Source: Pseudovirgaria hyperparasitica (taxonomy: Eukaryota). From it: a stretch of DNA of 64,000 nucleotides. A program made the translations under genes and the position numbers. The notes beneath the pieces were generated by a model. It was not told the DNA's origin. It saw only the letters and a program-made list of their open reading frames with translations, and did not search any database. The stretch lies in assembly GCA_010093815.1 (NCBI GenBank), contig ML996581.1; one strand, 5' to 3'. Shown here piece after piece: positions 50,399 through 61,755 of this stretch (position 1 is its first letter; the number at the start of each line of letters is the position of its first letter).

Positions 50399-51317
50399 AT
50401 GGGTCGCAGAAAGATTGAGATCAAAGCCATCAAGGATGACAGAAATCGTTCTGTGTAAGTGATATCGCCGTCTTGCTACCTCAATCGCACCCACCACTAA
50501 CGCAACACAGAACGTTTCTCAAGCGCAAAGGCGGTCTTTTCAAAAAAGCGCATGAACTCTCTGTACTCTGTTCTGTCGATGTTGCAGTGATCATCTTCGG
50601 TCATAACAAGAAGCTCTACGAGTTTTCCTCTGGTGATATCAACGACACCATTGGTCGTTACCAATATGTACGTTCAATCTGCTTTGGCTCAATCACACAA
50701 GGCTAATTAGAACAGTATGGCGGTGCTCATGAGCATAAGGGACCGGAAGATTTCATGGGCAAGGGCGATGACGATGACGATATCGATGAAGAAGGCGGAG
50801 GCAGCCCTCTACCGGGCTCACATTCCCCGCCTGAGAATTCCATGATGCCTCAACACCTTCAGCACCAACCACAATTCCAACATATCAGGCACACGACCCC
50901 ATCTGCTTCTCCGCCGATGCCCAACGGAGTCCCTTTCCACCACCGGGGTGTTTCCCCGCAGCCGCATGGCGTTTCGCGTCCCAACTCTCGAACAGCTCAT
51001 GTGCGGCGAAACTCGAATCTCGCCCCTCCCCACCATCAGTCGCAGCCTCCCCCACCACCAAATAACTATGCATATATGCCAAACCCGCCTTTCTATAACC
51101 CACAGGCACAACAACAAGGCATGCCACCCAAGCCGCCAGCTCCTCCACAGCCACCACAGTTTCAATACACACATCCTCCTCCACAGCAGCATTCACAAGT
51201 GCAGTATCTTCAACAACAAGAACAGCGACGACAGTCAATGCCGCCAGTCTTTTCACAGGCGCAGGACCGGGCTGCGCCACCTCCAGCTCCTCAAGCACAC
51301 ATGGGACAGCCAGGCCA

Positions 51318-51348
<31 letters not shown>

Positions 51349-52347
51349 CACCAACAACAGCAGCAGCAGCAACAACAACAGCAGCAGCAGCAGCAGCAGC
51401 AACAACAACAACAGCAGCATCACAACCAACCCCAGAACCAGCATCACAATCAGCCTTCACCACCTCAACCAGAACAAAATTTTCAGAGTCCTCCAATTCC
51501 GCAGCCCAAGGCGCTCCCAGCTTCGGCAAAGAAACATAGCATATTTACGCCCATTGATGACAGCAATTCTGTCTTAGCAACACATTGGGGCAGAACCACA
51601 TCGTCTGCTGAACTGACGCGAAGTGAGATAAAGGTCGAACCAAATAGATCTCAATCCATAGACGTGGGACACGTATCTCGGCAGCAGCCTCCACCGCCCG
51701 CCCCTTCGCACAAGCATCAGGACCAAAAAGTCCTTGCATCGCCAGGACTAGCATCGCGGCAGCTGCCTCCCCAACCACAGCGAACATCATCTGCGTCATC
51801 AGCTCCTAACGTCGGGCCGCCTTCTCGTGCCAACAGCATGACAAACGGGCCCCCACGTCCAAGGCTCAAAGTACAGATACCTAGCGAGCAGTCTGATGCG
51901 GGCAGTGCCACTGCCGACTCTTCGCCTAAAGACACTGGAACAACGGGAGCAACTCCTGCAAGAGCAAACACCGAGACCTCTCACTCGTCAGGAGTTGTGC
52001 TACCACCACCTTCTCCAAGTGCAAGCGCGCTCCTCAGTGCAGGTGCCTCGGGGCCTCCAAATCCGTTCGCGCGTCCACATCCTCCAGGTGGATTCAGCAA
52101 TAGAGATAACATGGAAACGCCTATCTCAGCACTGCCCAGTCGTTTCGTAGAAAACAATCTTCTGCCATCTCCGTCAAGCTTCTACCCGGAGTGGGGCTTC
52201 GGACGCGAGAACAACATGCTACCAAGCCCACTAGCATTCCCGACTCCAGTCGTGACTAATGGGCCAAGTTTCCGCGACGAAGATGAACGAAAGCGGAAGA
52301 CATCTGACGCCGGCGATGTGTCTCAGGCCAAGCGTATCAAGGCCTGA
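50399..52347 (+). CDS. rlmA: MEF2-type MADS-box transcription factor RlmA/Rlm1, 3 exons
   Basis: [57 protein letters not shown]. Introns 50455-50510 and 50668-50715. RPRLKVQIP docking-like motif; [23 protein letters not shown]. Confidence 0.95.
51316..51417 (+). repeat. (CAG/CAA)n polyglutamine tract in RlmA
   Basis: About 33 Gln codons interrupted by one His. Confidence 0.95.
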
Positions 52348-53409
52348 TCTGTTTGACAGGGTGGCTCTTCACTACGCACGTGCAACATCGTTACGACCTG
52401 TGGTATTACAGCGCAACCAAAGAGTTCTACGACCTCTCATAGTTTTGGAGTTTTTTTGGCGCATCTTTGTATCACTACATTTTGCGGTTTTATGCTCGAT
52501 ACCTTTTCTCGCTCTATCTTATTTGGAGATACCAACATCGTCACGTTCCAAGAGGGCGGCTTGGGGAAGTAACTCTCTATGGGAGGACTCTGAGATCAGA
52601 GTGTGATTTCAAGAGGTTGCAGCGTATCCCTTGAAGATGGACTAGGACTTTCATCGAATGCTCTGTGACAGTAGAAGAAGGTATATAGGATCAGTAAAAC
52701 ACAGTAGCATGATTCTGGAGCGAGCAAATATCGTACAATCGTGGCCTCCTTAGGTCGTTTGACCTTGATCTTGTGACATTTGCGACACTATTTATGTAAC
52801 ATTAAGTGACACTGACGCAGTAGAAGGCTTCACAGGGCTCGAATTGGAGCATACCGAGTGCATTCGCGAACACCTCACCTGCACGCACTCAGGGCGCCAA
52901 GAATAGTAGAGTATTGCGTCACAGTTTGCAGCTACCTCTCCTTTCCTTAAATTAGTAGGTTGGCTGTAGGAACTATTACGACTAGGTGCCCCACTATCTA
53001 TAACGTTAAAACCATCCGGATAGCGGCCCAATCCTCGATCAGCGCGCGCGACCTACGAGTTCTCGCGACCTTCTCCTGTTTGGTTGTTTACCTCACAAAG
53101 ACACATTCATTTACTTAGGTTCTGCGCTTGCCGACAGTCGTACATGTTTCACTGTCGCACGTAAACTAGTTTGGTGCAGTGTCATTTGCAGCGACCTCTC
53201 ACCAAGGACCACCACACCTGTACCGCGGCCCCTCTTCATCGACAGCCTCTCAGCCGCACAAGGTGACTGAGCCTCAAGGTCGCCGTGACAATTACTTGAA
53301 GATCACAATCCCATCTCTACTCGTCTCCATAACTCTTCCCCTCTATCATTTGTCCCGTATCACTACTCTCCGTGCCTTGTCGGGTCAAACCAGCCGTCAG
53401 TCCGTGAAG

Positions 53410-54603
53410 ATGGCATACAACAAAGGATACAATCCAGATGCTTTACCTGCACACGCGGAGCCCGAGCAGGTAAGCTGGCTCAACAAGATATCCGGTCCTA
53501 TCTTCGGGCATTCCTGTAGTTTGTAAGCTTACACCAGGCTATTTAGGCAGCTCAAATGCTCTCCCAAACCCCTTCGTCGTCATCTCGTCCTCCGCCGCGT
53601 ACGACCTCTGCGCGGCCAGATTACAACAAGCCTCCCCCACCGACACCCAACAACATGCGCCACGACGACCGGTATAGGCTTCCTTCACAACAGACATATA
53701 ACAGTGCAGGTGGGGGTCACCTTGACCAACATTTTTCGGGGAGATATGACTCTAGACCTCATCCTCACCAAGACCCTTACAGAGATCCGTATCACAGCCA
53801 TAATATAGGAAGTCCGCCTCCGCCCTCCAACTATGGGCGTGGTCCGCCGCCGCAACAGCACAACCGGCCCCCTGCTAGGCCTCCAGCGACACCTGCTCCA
53901 CCGAAAGATGGAAATGATAGGGAAGCGCTGTGGAGGCTGTTCGGGGCTGTCGACAAAGATCGTATGTGCTCAGCTCGTTCCAACGGTACTCCGTCAAACA
54001 GAACCCCATGGCTGACAGTTCGCAGGAAGCGGTCAACTAGATGAGCAAGAGCTCCGTGCTGCACTTGTTAATGGTGACTGGTCTGCTTTTGATTCTCACA
54101 CAGTCAAGATGATGATTCGAATGTTTGATACAGACAGATCAGGGTCGATCAGCTTCGAAGAGTTTTGTGGGCTATGGGGCTTCCTGAACGCCTGGCGCGG
54201 GTTGTTCGATCGTTTCGACCTTGACCACTCAGGCAACATCTCATACAATGAATTTAGCGACGCGTTGGTCGCGTTTGGCTACCGTTTGTCGCCACAATTC
54301 GTCTCCTTGCTGTTCCGCACCTACGACCGTCGTGGGGAGAATGCCATTGGATTCGATCTGTTTGTACAGGCATGCATTAGCTTGAAGCGCATGACGGATG
54401 TGTTCAAGAAGTACGACGAGGACCGCGATGGATATATTACGTTGAGCTTGTAAGGTTACCTGATGTTTTGGTTCAGGAATTTTGCTGACTAACATGTCCT
54501 GAAGCGAGGAATTCCTGACAGGTGCGCAGGCGCTCTTCTTGTTCAACAGCATCTCCCCGGAAACTGATACAGGGCTGTACTAGAAATCATTCGTCAACGT
54601 TAA
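53410..54603 (+). CDS. PEF1: Penta-EF-hand Ca2+-binding protein (Pef1/peflin/ALG-2 family), 5 exons
   Basis: MAYNKGYNPDALPAHAEPEQ; Pro-rich N-terminus; EF hands VDKDRSGQLDEQEL, FDTDRSGSISFEEF, FDLDHSGNISYNEF, YDEDRDGYITLSFEEF. Introns 53470-53546, 53962-54025, 54450-54504, 54522-54583; 17-nt exon 54505-54521. Confidence 0.93.
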
Positions 54604-55078
54604 CACACATAGTCAAAGTTACGGCTCCCCAGTGGCCTGCTTTCGCTGTGGTCCACACCTAAATATGTCAGCATGCAAATGCGCCCGACGATATTTACTA
54701 GCGTCTCGATTGCAGCCAGGGAAAATCCACGAGGAAGGAGTAAGAGTGGGACTACAGCCATCATATAGCAGAGTCGAAACATTAGGATATTCATGACCTC
54801 AGTAACGTCAAGTTTGGCAACTATTTTTGACCAGTCAAAACATCTGGGACAACTGAGTAGCTATGTGGGTATAGTATGTATGTGACGCGGTATAGTGCGG
54901 AACAGGGGATTTCGGCTAGATTTTCATGGATATAGATACCCGTACGATTGAAATGGATATATGACGACTTGATGTAAGCCAGTGGCCCAAGACGGAGATT
55001 CATGAGTTTTCATATTGAAATTTCAACACCAGTAGGCTACTTTTTGACTTCGAAGATATGTGGGTAAGCCTCTTAGGA

Positions 55079-56990
55079 CTACACCTTTTCTGCTATCCCA
55101 TCCAATTTTCCCGACTGCCTCTTCGTCTCCTCCTTACGTATCCTTCTCGCTTCATCCGCCTCCTTCTTCCTCTCGACTTCACCCTCCAGTCCCTGCTTCA
55201 ACTCCTTATGCTCCCTTCTCAATTGGTTCTTCCTGATGAACAAGCCTGAAACCAGCCCAACAAATGCAATCACTGTGTACATAATCCACATCTTACTCAG
55301 ACTAGCCGCAAACGCCGTACGGACGACATCACGCTGTACCTCTGGCAGTGCATTTGCCACCCCAACATTGGCAACAGCGTTGGCGCCGCTGAGCTGCGCG
55401 GCAGTCCGACCACCCACAGCCGCGGTAAGTTCGGCCGTATGCGACTCCATGACATTCTGGAAGACGACAGTGCCAATGACGACAGAGATCGCGGTGCCAA
55501 GATTGCGCGTGAAGCCGAACGTCGCCGTTGCACTGGCAATGTCACGCGGTGAGATGCCTGACTGTAGTGCGATCAGGGGGCTCTGGAAGTTTGGTCCGAC
55601 GCCGATGCCGGCGACGGCCTGGTAGAGGATGATTTTGGCCCATGAGGAGGTTGGGGTCAGGTCGATGAAGAGGCCGGTGCCGAGGGTCATGAGCGCCATG
55701 CCGGCCCAGATGGGCGGGAGGTAGAGGCCCGTTTTCCGGATCAGGACGCCTACGCCGGCGGAGGCGAATGAGAGGGCGAGGACGGTGGGGAGGTAGTAGA
55801 CGCCGGAGAGGATTGGGGTTGCGCCGAGGACGACCTGGAAGTAGAGGGGGAGGAAGTAGGAGGCGGCGACGAAGTTTGCGCCGTGGCAGAAGCAGACGCC
55901 CAGGGCGGCGAGGTTGGAGCGGTGTTGGAAGATGCGGAGCGGGATTATGGGGTACTTGGCGAGCTTCCATTCGTTTAGGAAGAAGATGAAGATGGTGAAT
56001 GCGCCGAAGACGATCAGGCAGAGGACCGTGGCTGATTTCCATGGGTGGGTGATGCCTCCGAATTCGAGTCCGAGGAGGAACATTACGGTCCCGCCGGTGA
56101 TGAGGAGCGCTCCGAGCCAGTCGATGGCTTTGATGCCTTCCCAGAGCGGAGTTCTGGGGTTGTGTAGGTCCAGAAAGAAGAAGATGATAACGAATGCGAT
56201 TCCGTCCAGTGGGAGATTGATGTAGAAACACCATCTCCAGGTTACGAATTGCGAGAAAGCACCTCCCATGATCGGACCCAAGGCAGAGGCAATGGCCCAG
56301 ACGCCTCCGATGATTCCGTAATACGCACTGCGCTTGCGCATGCTGAAGAGATCCCCAATGCAGATGTTTACCAGGATTACCAATCCACCTCCGCCAACGC
56401 CTTGGATGGCGCGAGCAACAATGAGCATGCCAATGTTGACCGCAACCCCGGCAAGCAGCGATCCTATGAAGAAAACAACGTTGGCGATCAGTAGAACAGG
56501 TTTCCGGCCCCAAATGTCCGAGAACTTGCCCCACAACGGAGTCGAGGCAGCATTGCCTAGGAGGTATGCAGAGCCGATCCAGGTATAGCCAGCCGTGGAG
56601 CCGAAATGCTCGGATATCGAGGGCAAGGCGGTTGTGATAATGGTGACGTCTATGGCAGCAAGGAACACTGCGATCTGAAAAAAAAAAACTGTCAGTCTGT
56701 AGTTGCTTCGTTTTCGCGAAGAATCAGCGTACGCCCAGTGCCAGCATGATTATAGCTGTCGTCCCCTTACTTCTCTGTGGCTCCTCGTCGTCGTTGGTTG
56801 CAACAGTATCGGCCTCATTCTTCGCCTGAGTCATGCCTATCCGCTCTTTTACCATGCCTCCATCGTCTTGATGGCTTTGCTGGAGCGGAGGTTCTGGAGT
56901 GCCAGCAGCACTTGAAGTGCTCTGCGTTCCATCTTCAACTCTCTTCACCGAATCGGCATTTTGCGAGTGGTCGTCCTCGGTGTGGACCAT
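55079..56990 (-). CDS. MFS drug:H+ antiporter, DHA2 (14-TM) family, 2 exons
   Basis: ATG 56990; intron 56675-56732. FLAAIDVTIITTALPSI, WIGSAYLL, GKFSDIWGRK, RAIQGVGGGG, LGPIMGGAF..WRWCFYINLP. Confidence 0.94.
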
Positions 56991-57768
56991 GTCGGAAAAG
57001 TTAGTAGAACCGCTGACCGGGTGGCGGTAAAGCAGAAGATCAAGCCGAGTCGTGTTTGTCAAGTATGAGAGTCCAAATATGCCATGGCAGATGTGTAGAA
57101 AAAAATCCGATCTAAACCGTCATACAGAATGCTATAACACATCGGCGCCTGGTTGGCGATCGACGTTCTGATTCCCATGACATACACCGCAAAGCCCGCA
57201 ACGGCGTAATGGATTGATTGCTGCATTTCGGCATATCGGGCTCTGCGTTGACCGAGGCGACAAGAACGAGATCCTCATTGGTTCTATTTGCCCGCGTGGC
57301 TTTTCAGCCCTAGATATCAATGACTGCCAGTGATGTGGGGACCGCACACTAATGTGGAGATGCGGGTGGGACTTTGCGAGGGCGACAGCCGTTGAAGTGC
57401 GTGCAAATAAATCGGCTGAAAAAGCAGACAACAAGCCATTAATGTGCTATATATAGTTTGCATTCCATCATACCACTGGCTTGGCCTTGGACCCTCTCCT
57501 AACCTACCTGGCCAGCCTATACGCCACATCCGTGCGCTGGCTGCCTTGTTGTACTTCCATATCGATATAATTAGGAAAGTTTCTCTCTACTAAAGAGCTG
57601 CCTCAATCCATTGATACACTGGCTTCGCTATTATGCATCTAATGACAAGGTAGCTTTGCTCGACCTCTAATATCTTTTCTCAGGCATATTTTCTCCCAGA
57701 ACACCATCGTTCACAATGAAAATCTTCTGGGCATTTATACGATATGGTATTGTTATCACCATCTAATG

Positions 57769-58759
57769 CTACACTTGGTACGCTGGAGGGTTCGTGACCC
57801 AGCCAATGGGCCTGCTGCAATGCCACTGCAAACTTTAGCAAAGATGTCGGGCAAAGAATCACTTCACTCACCGTATCGGACTTCGCAAACCCATTCGCGC
57901 CTTGTTTTTGATTGATCGAAGCGTATACCGACCAACCTCCTACATTCAACTCTGACATCAACCGCAGCAGAATCGTTTGTGCCATCACGCCCTGGTCCAG
58001 ACCAACCGCCAGCCACGGCAGCCCCTTGAATCTCAACTCATAAACTCTCGCATCCTCCTTGTACAGCCCCTGACTCCGCAACCCCAACACACTCATCGCA
58101 TACGTCACCCCTTTCACAAAGTCACTCGGCCCATCAATAATGCGCACGCGATCATTACAGCTAAACGCGACACTCATCCACTCCACACGCGCGGCCTGCG
58201 GTCGGTAAGCGAAGATCAAGCTGTCCTTGTCTTGCGGTTGTCTTCCGACATTGACGGCCGTGTCGAGGATCCAGCCGCGATCATACAATGCCGCTAGCAC
58301 AGCACGCATCATGCGTCGCACCGTGATGCTGTTCTTCCCCGGCGCAATCCACGGTGTACCGTGGAGACCAAACTCCATACTCCCTTCGTGCATGCGCTGC
58401 ACGTTCAGGCCGGGCGGCCAGTGATACAGGATCGTGTCACGCACCAACGAGGTTTCGCCCGGGGGGAAGTCGAGCAGGCGGAGGCGGTCGTGCATGTGCA
58501 GGGTCATCAGAGCGAACTTTGTGCGGCGTGGAGCGCCGGGTGCGGCGGTGGCTTCGGACGAGGTGGGTGACATGGTATGCGCAGAAGTTGCGTGTAGTGG
58601 TGTTGGGACATATTGGGATTCGGAATCGGCGTAGTCGTCGGCGGAGTATGCGATGCGGGATGTTGTTGCTGGTGTATATGCTTCCGGGGACGTCCGGTCT
58701 GGAGTGTAGAGCTCGGGTTCGCTAGGAGCGGCAACTTCTTTTCCTTCGTCGTAGCCCAT
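57769..58759 (-). CDS. Hypothetical protein with an internally duplicated domain, 2 exons
   Basis: Two copies of DR(L/V)R(L/I)..-P...E(F/L)...G.PW...L..L...GW. Intron 57826-57871 (GTGAGT...TGCAG), then WHCSRPIGWVTNPPAYQV*. Confidence 0.8.
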
Positions 58760-59688
58760 GCTTGTAGTGAGAAGCGGTAGAGCTGAGTAGGTTCAAGTAG
58801 AGTTTGAGAAGGAAGTCTGCTGGTCGTGGCTGGTCGAATAGATGTGGGTGTTATAAGATTGAGCGCCAGACGGGGGCATCGACGTAGATGTACATGCTGT
58901 CGAGGAATCCGTCTTTGGGATGCCCATCACTAGCTTTACATCCGCATCTCATGGCTTGACTGCGCCTTTCCAATTGAGGCCCTAGGCTTCCTGTTTCCGC
59001 GAATCAAATACCATTTGAGCGTGTCGGGACTGGTGTAAGCAGTCGTCTACGTTGCGCCTATTCCAGTGACGGTACACATAAATAGCTTATTGCCAGCCTG
59101 TTCCATCTAGGCAGTGCTCATGACGCGGTCTATTGTGTTGATGTTACGGGGTAAGAGTTGGGGGCTGGGTGTCGCGGGGGAATACTAGCCCGTCACGGCC
59201 GTACAAAATGGCTCAGCCGTGTTAATTAAGCTTCTTCCGGTGTAGTGAGCTGGACTCCTCGTGTGTAGACGCGTGGATAAGAACCTGCCAACAGTTCGTG
59301 TGCTATGCTAGATCGAGGTCTTTCATCTCGGAGCTGAACTTAATGAACCCGCGTCATCTGGTCGTCAATAGCGACAAGGGTGCGAAGGCACACAGAAACC
59401 TTGCCTAAACATATCACAACCTTGAGATCACATAGCAACATTCCATAACTCATGAGTTCACGCTTCGAACGAGCAATGGTTCAAAGCATCTTGTAGGTCT
59501 TTTTTTATGTCACGGACACATGGGACATTTTACGACACAAGGGACGACCATGTAAGTCTGAACCAGAGCGACTGATGAACTTCCTAACTTGCCGATAAAG
59601 GTGTCAACCTCGTACATTCATTAGTTCTCTTGTCTACAATGCTACTCTCGAATTATGCAACAGCTGCTAGGCTAACCCTCTCTTGTTC

Positions 59689-61755
59689 CTATACCTTTGG
59701 CTGTACGTATTCAACAGCAGCCGACGTTGCTCTTGAGTCCTTAACATGAATCCGTTTTTTCATACGCAGATTCGCCGTAGTGGTCGCAGTCACATCAGAA
59801 GCTTCCTCCGCCAGCAAGTTTCCAGAGGCGTCGTGTGTCCTGTCATATTCGGCAAGGGCATGGTTTGGTATCTTCAACAATCGGGCTGTGACAGATCCGT
59901 CGCCTTCCATAACAAATGTCTCCGTCCTGATGGAGTAGTCGCGAAGCCTAGGCAGTAATTCCAACCAGAAGAAATAGTACACACCACAACCGACCATGAG
60001 GCAAAGGCCAACGACACAGTACGTCGCATACCAGAACGAAACGTCACCACCCTTAGAACCACCTTTCGGGGGATACCACGGCATGATCAAGACGAAGACG
60101 CACACGGCAATCGAGAGCGTGATCGCCACATGCCAAGCTTCAAATTGAGCTTTGGGGAGACCCTGTTGCTTGCGTCGATAGCGGATGATGTAGATACCGA
60201 TAAACATCAGCGCCAAGAAGATAGAATCAGGATATGATCTGAGATCAACCAAGAAATTGAATGCATCGCCAAAAGGAAGTGCCAGAATAACTATCGAGGT
60301 CGTGGTCCATTTGAGAAGGATTGGAGCAAGTGGAGTCCCGAACGGCTTTGTAGATACCCAGACACCAGGCCACGGAATAAGTCCTTGCCGTGCAACTTCT
60401 CGAATCTGTCTAGTAGTGCCAATTATAACAGCCATGATATTACCAGCTGCACTGATGGCGACCAGAGCAGGTAGCACGCGTCCGGCCTTTCCGAATACTG
60501 CTTCGAAGAACAAGGCTGCTGTAAGCTCTCCAGAATCGCGGATGACTTCTTTCGGTACTGCGGCAAAGTATGCGACGTTTGCAAGAACATAGAGTACGAC
60601 TACGATAAGAAGGGATATTGGGGTATGTATCTTGAGGCTCCTCATCGGGTTCTTATTGACATTAGCACTGTAGGGTAGGTCAACGAGCATGACAACATAC
60701 CTTGATTTCCGAAACTACGTTGAATGCATTAGCATATCCCGAATAAGCAAAATTGATCTTCACTAATGAAGTTGCAACCGCGTTGCCGTTCGAGGTTGTT
60801 CCTTCGAAAGCATTTCGAAAGTTCGCATATGGATCTTTGACCCGTGTGCCTCCTCCCAAAACCACAAACCCTGTAATGACCACGAAAAGCAGTATGATAA
60901 GCTTGACGATCGAAATCAAGTTCATGATTCTCATTGACCATTTTGTGGAGATTAGACAGAGGAAGGCTAGGACAGAATATGATGCCAGTGCGAGCCCTTT
61001 GTTCTCCCATTCAGTTGCTGTATGACCGGCGGCACGATAGATATATCTTGCGAGAACTAGGTTGAAAGAGCATTAGTTCTGAAGATCGTTTATGACAGTC
61101 AAATCCGGTCCTTACCGATTGCGTTGCTACTTGAAAAGGAGAAAGCAACGGTAAAGAATGCGAAGGTTGCAGGGAAGAGAAAGCGCGGCTTTGGAAATGC
61201 TTGTTCCAGATACACAACCTACAGCCGGTCAGCGAGGAAAGAGTAAAAGGTAGGAAACATACCAATGCCCCACTACGGTTTGGGAATAGGGCTGTGTATT
61301 CGAGATATATCGACAATGCCGCTATCCGTCCGTCATGAATTAATGGCAATCTCAATATGTTTAGGCTCGTCAAGAACATACCCGCTGAAATGATGCCTCC
61401 AATAACCCAATATAAGAGACTCAAGCCAACAGATCCGAGCCCGGCAAGAATAGAGCCAGCTGTTTCCAGGTCAGTGGCCCATGCCGTGGATGTATTTCTT
61501 CCATATGAACTTACGAGTACTGAAGATACCAGTCCCAATCATTTGACTTATATTCAAACATATAATGCCAACCCATCCGACATGATACCCAAGCGGACTG
61601 GCCTGTTCAACAGGGGCTCCGGTCTTATCCTGGAAAATTTCGACGCCGTCCACGAAGATGTGGTCTCCAACCTGTTCATTCGCCCCGCGAACCTCGCTGA
61701 GGTCTACATCGCTGTTCGATCTCAACCAAGTAACAGGCTTTCTCCAGATAGCCAT
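59689..61755 (-). CDS. MUP1: APC-family amino-acid permease, high-affinity methionine permease (Mup1)-like, 6 exons
   Basis: GAPVE..SPLGY.VGW, LNISQMIGTGIFSTPGSIL..LGSVGLSL, YLEY...FP.RSG...VYLEQAFPKPRFL, FAYSGYANAF.VV.EIKNP, IREVARQGL.PW, WYATYCVVG. Introns 61460-61514, 61322-61381, 61219-61262, 61057-61115, 60652-60700. Confidence 0.88.

Noticed and set aside
55079..61755. MFS pump + hypothetical + permease as a secondary-metabolite cluster
   Set aside because: No PKS, NRPS, terpene or tailoring gene and no Zn2Cys6 regulator in the window; sequence beyond 64000 is unseen.
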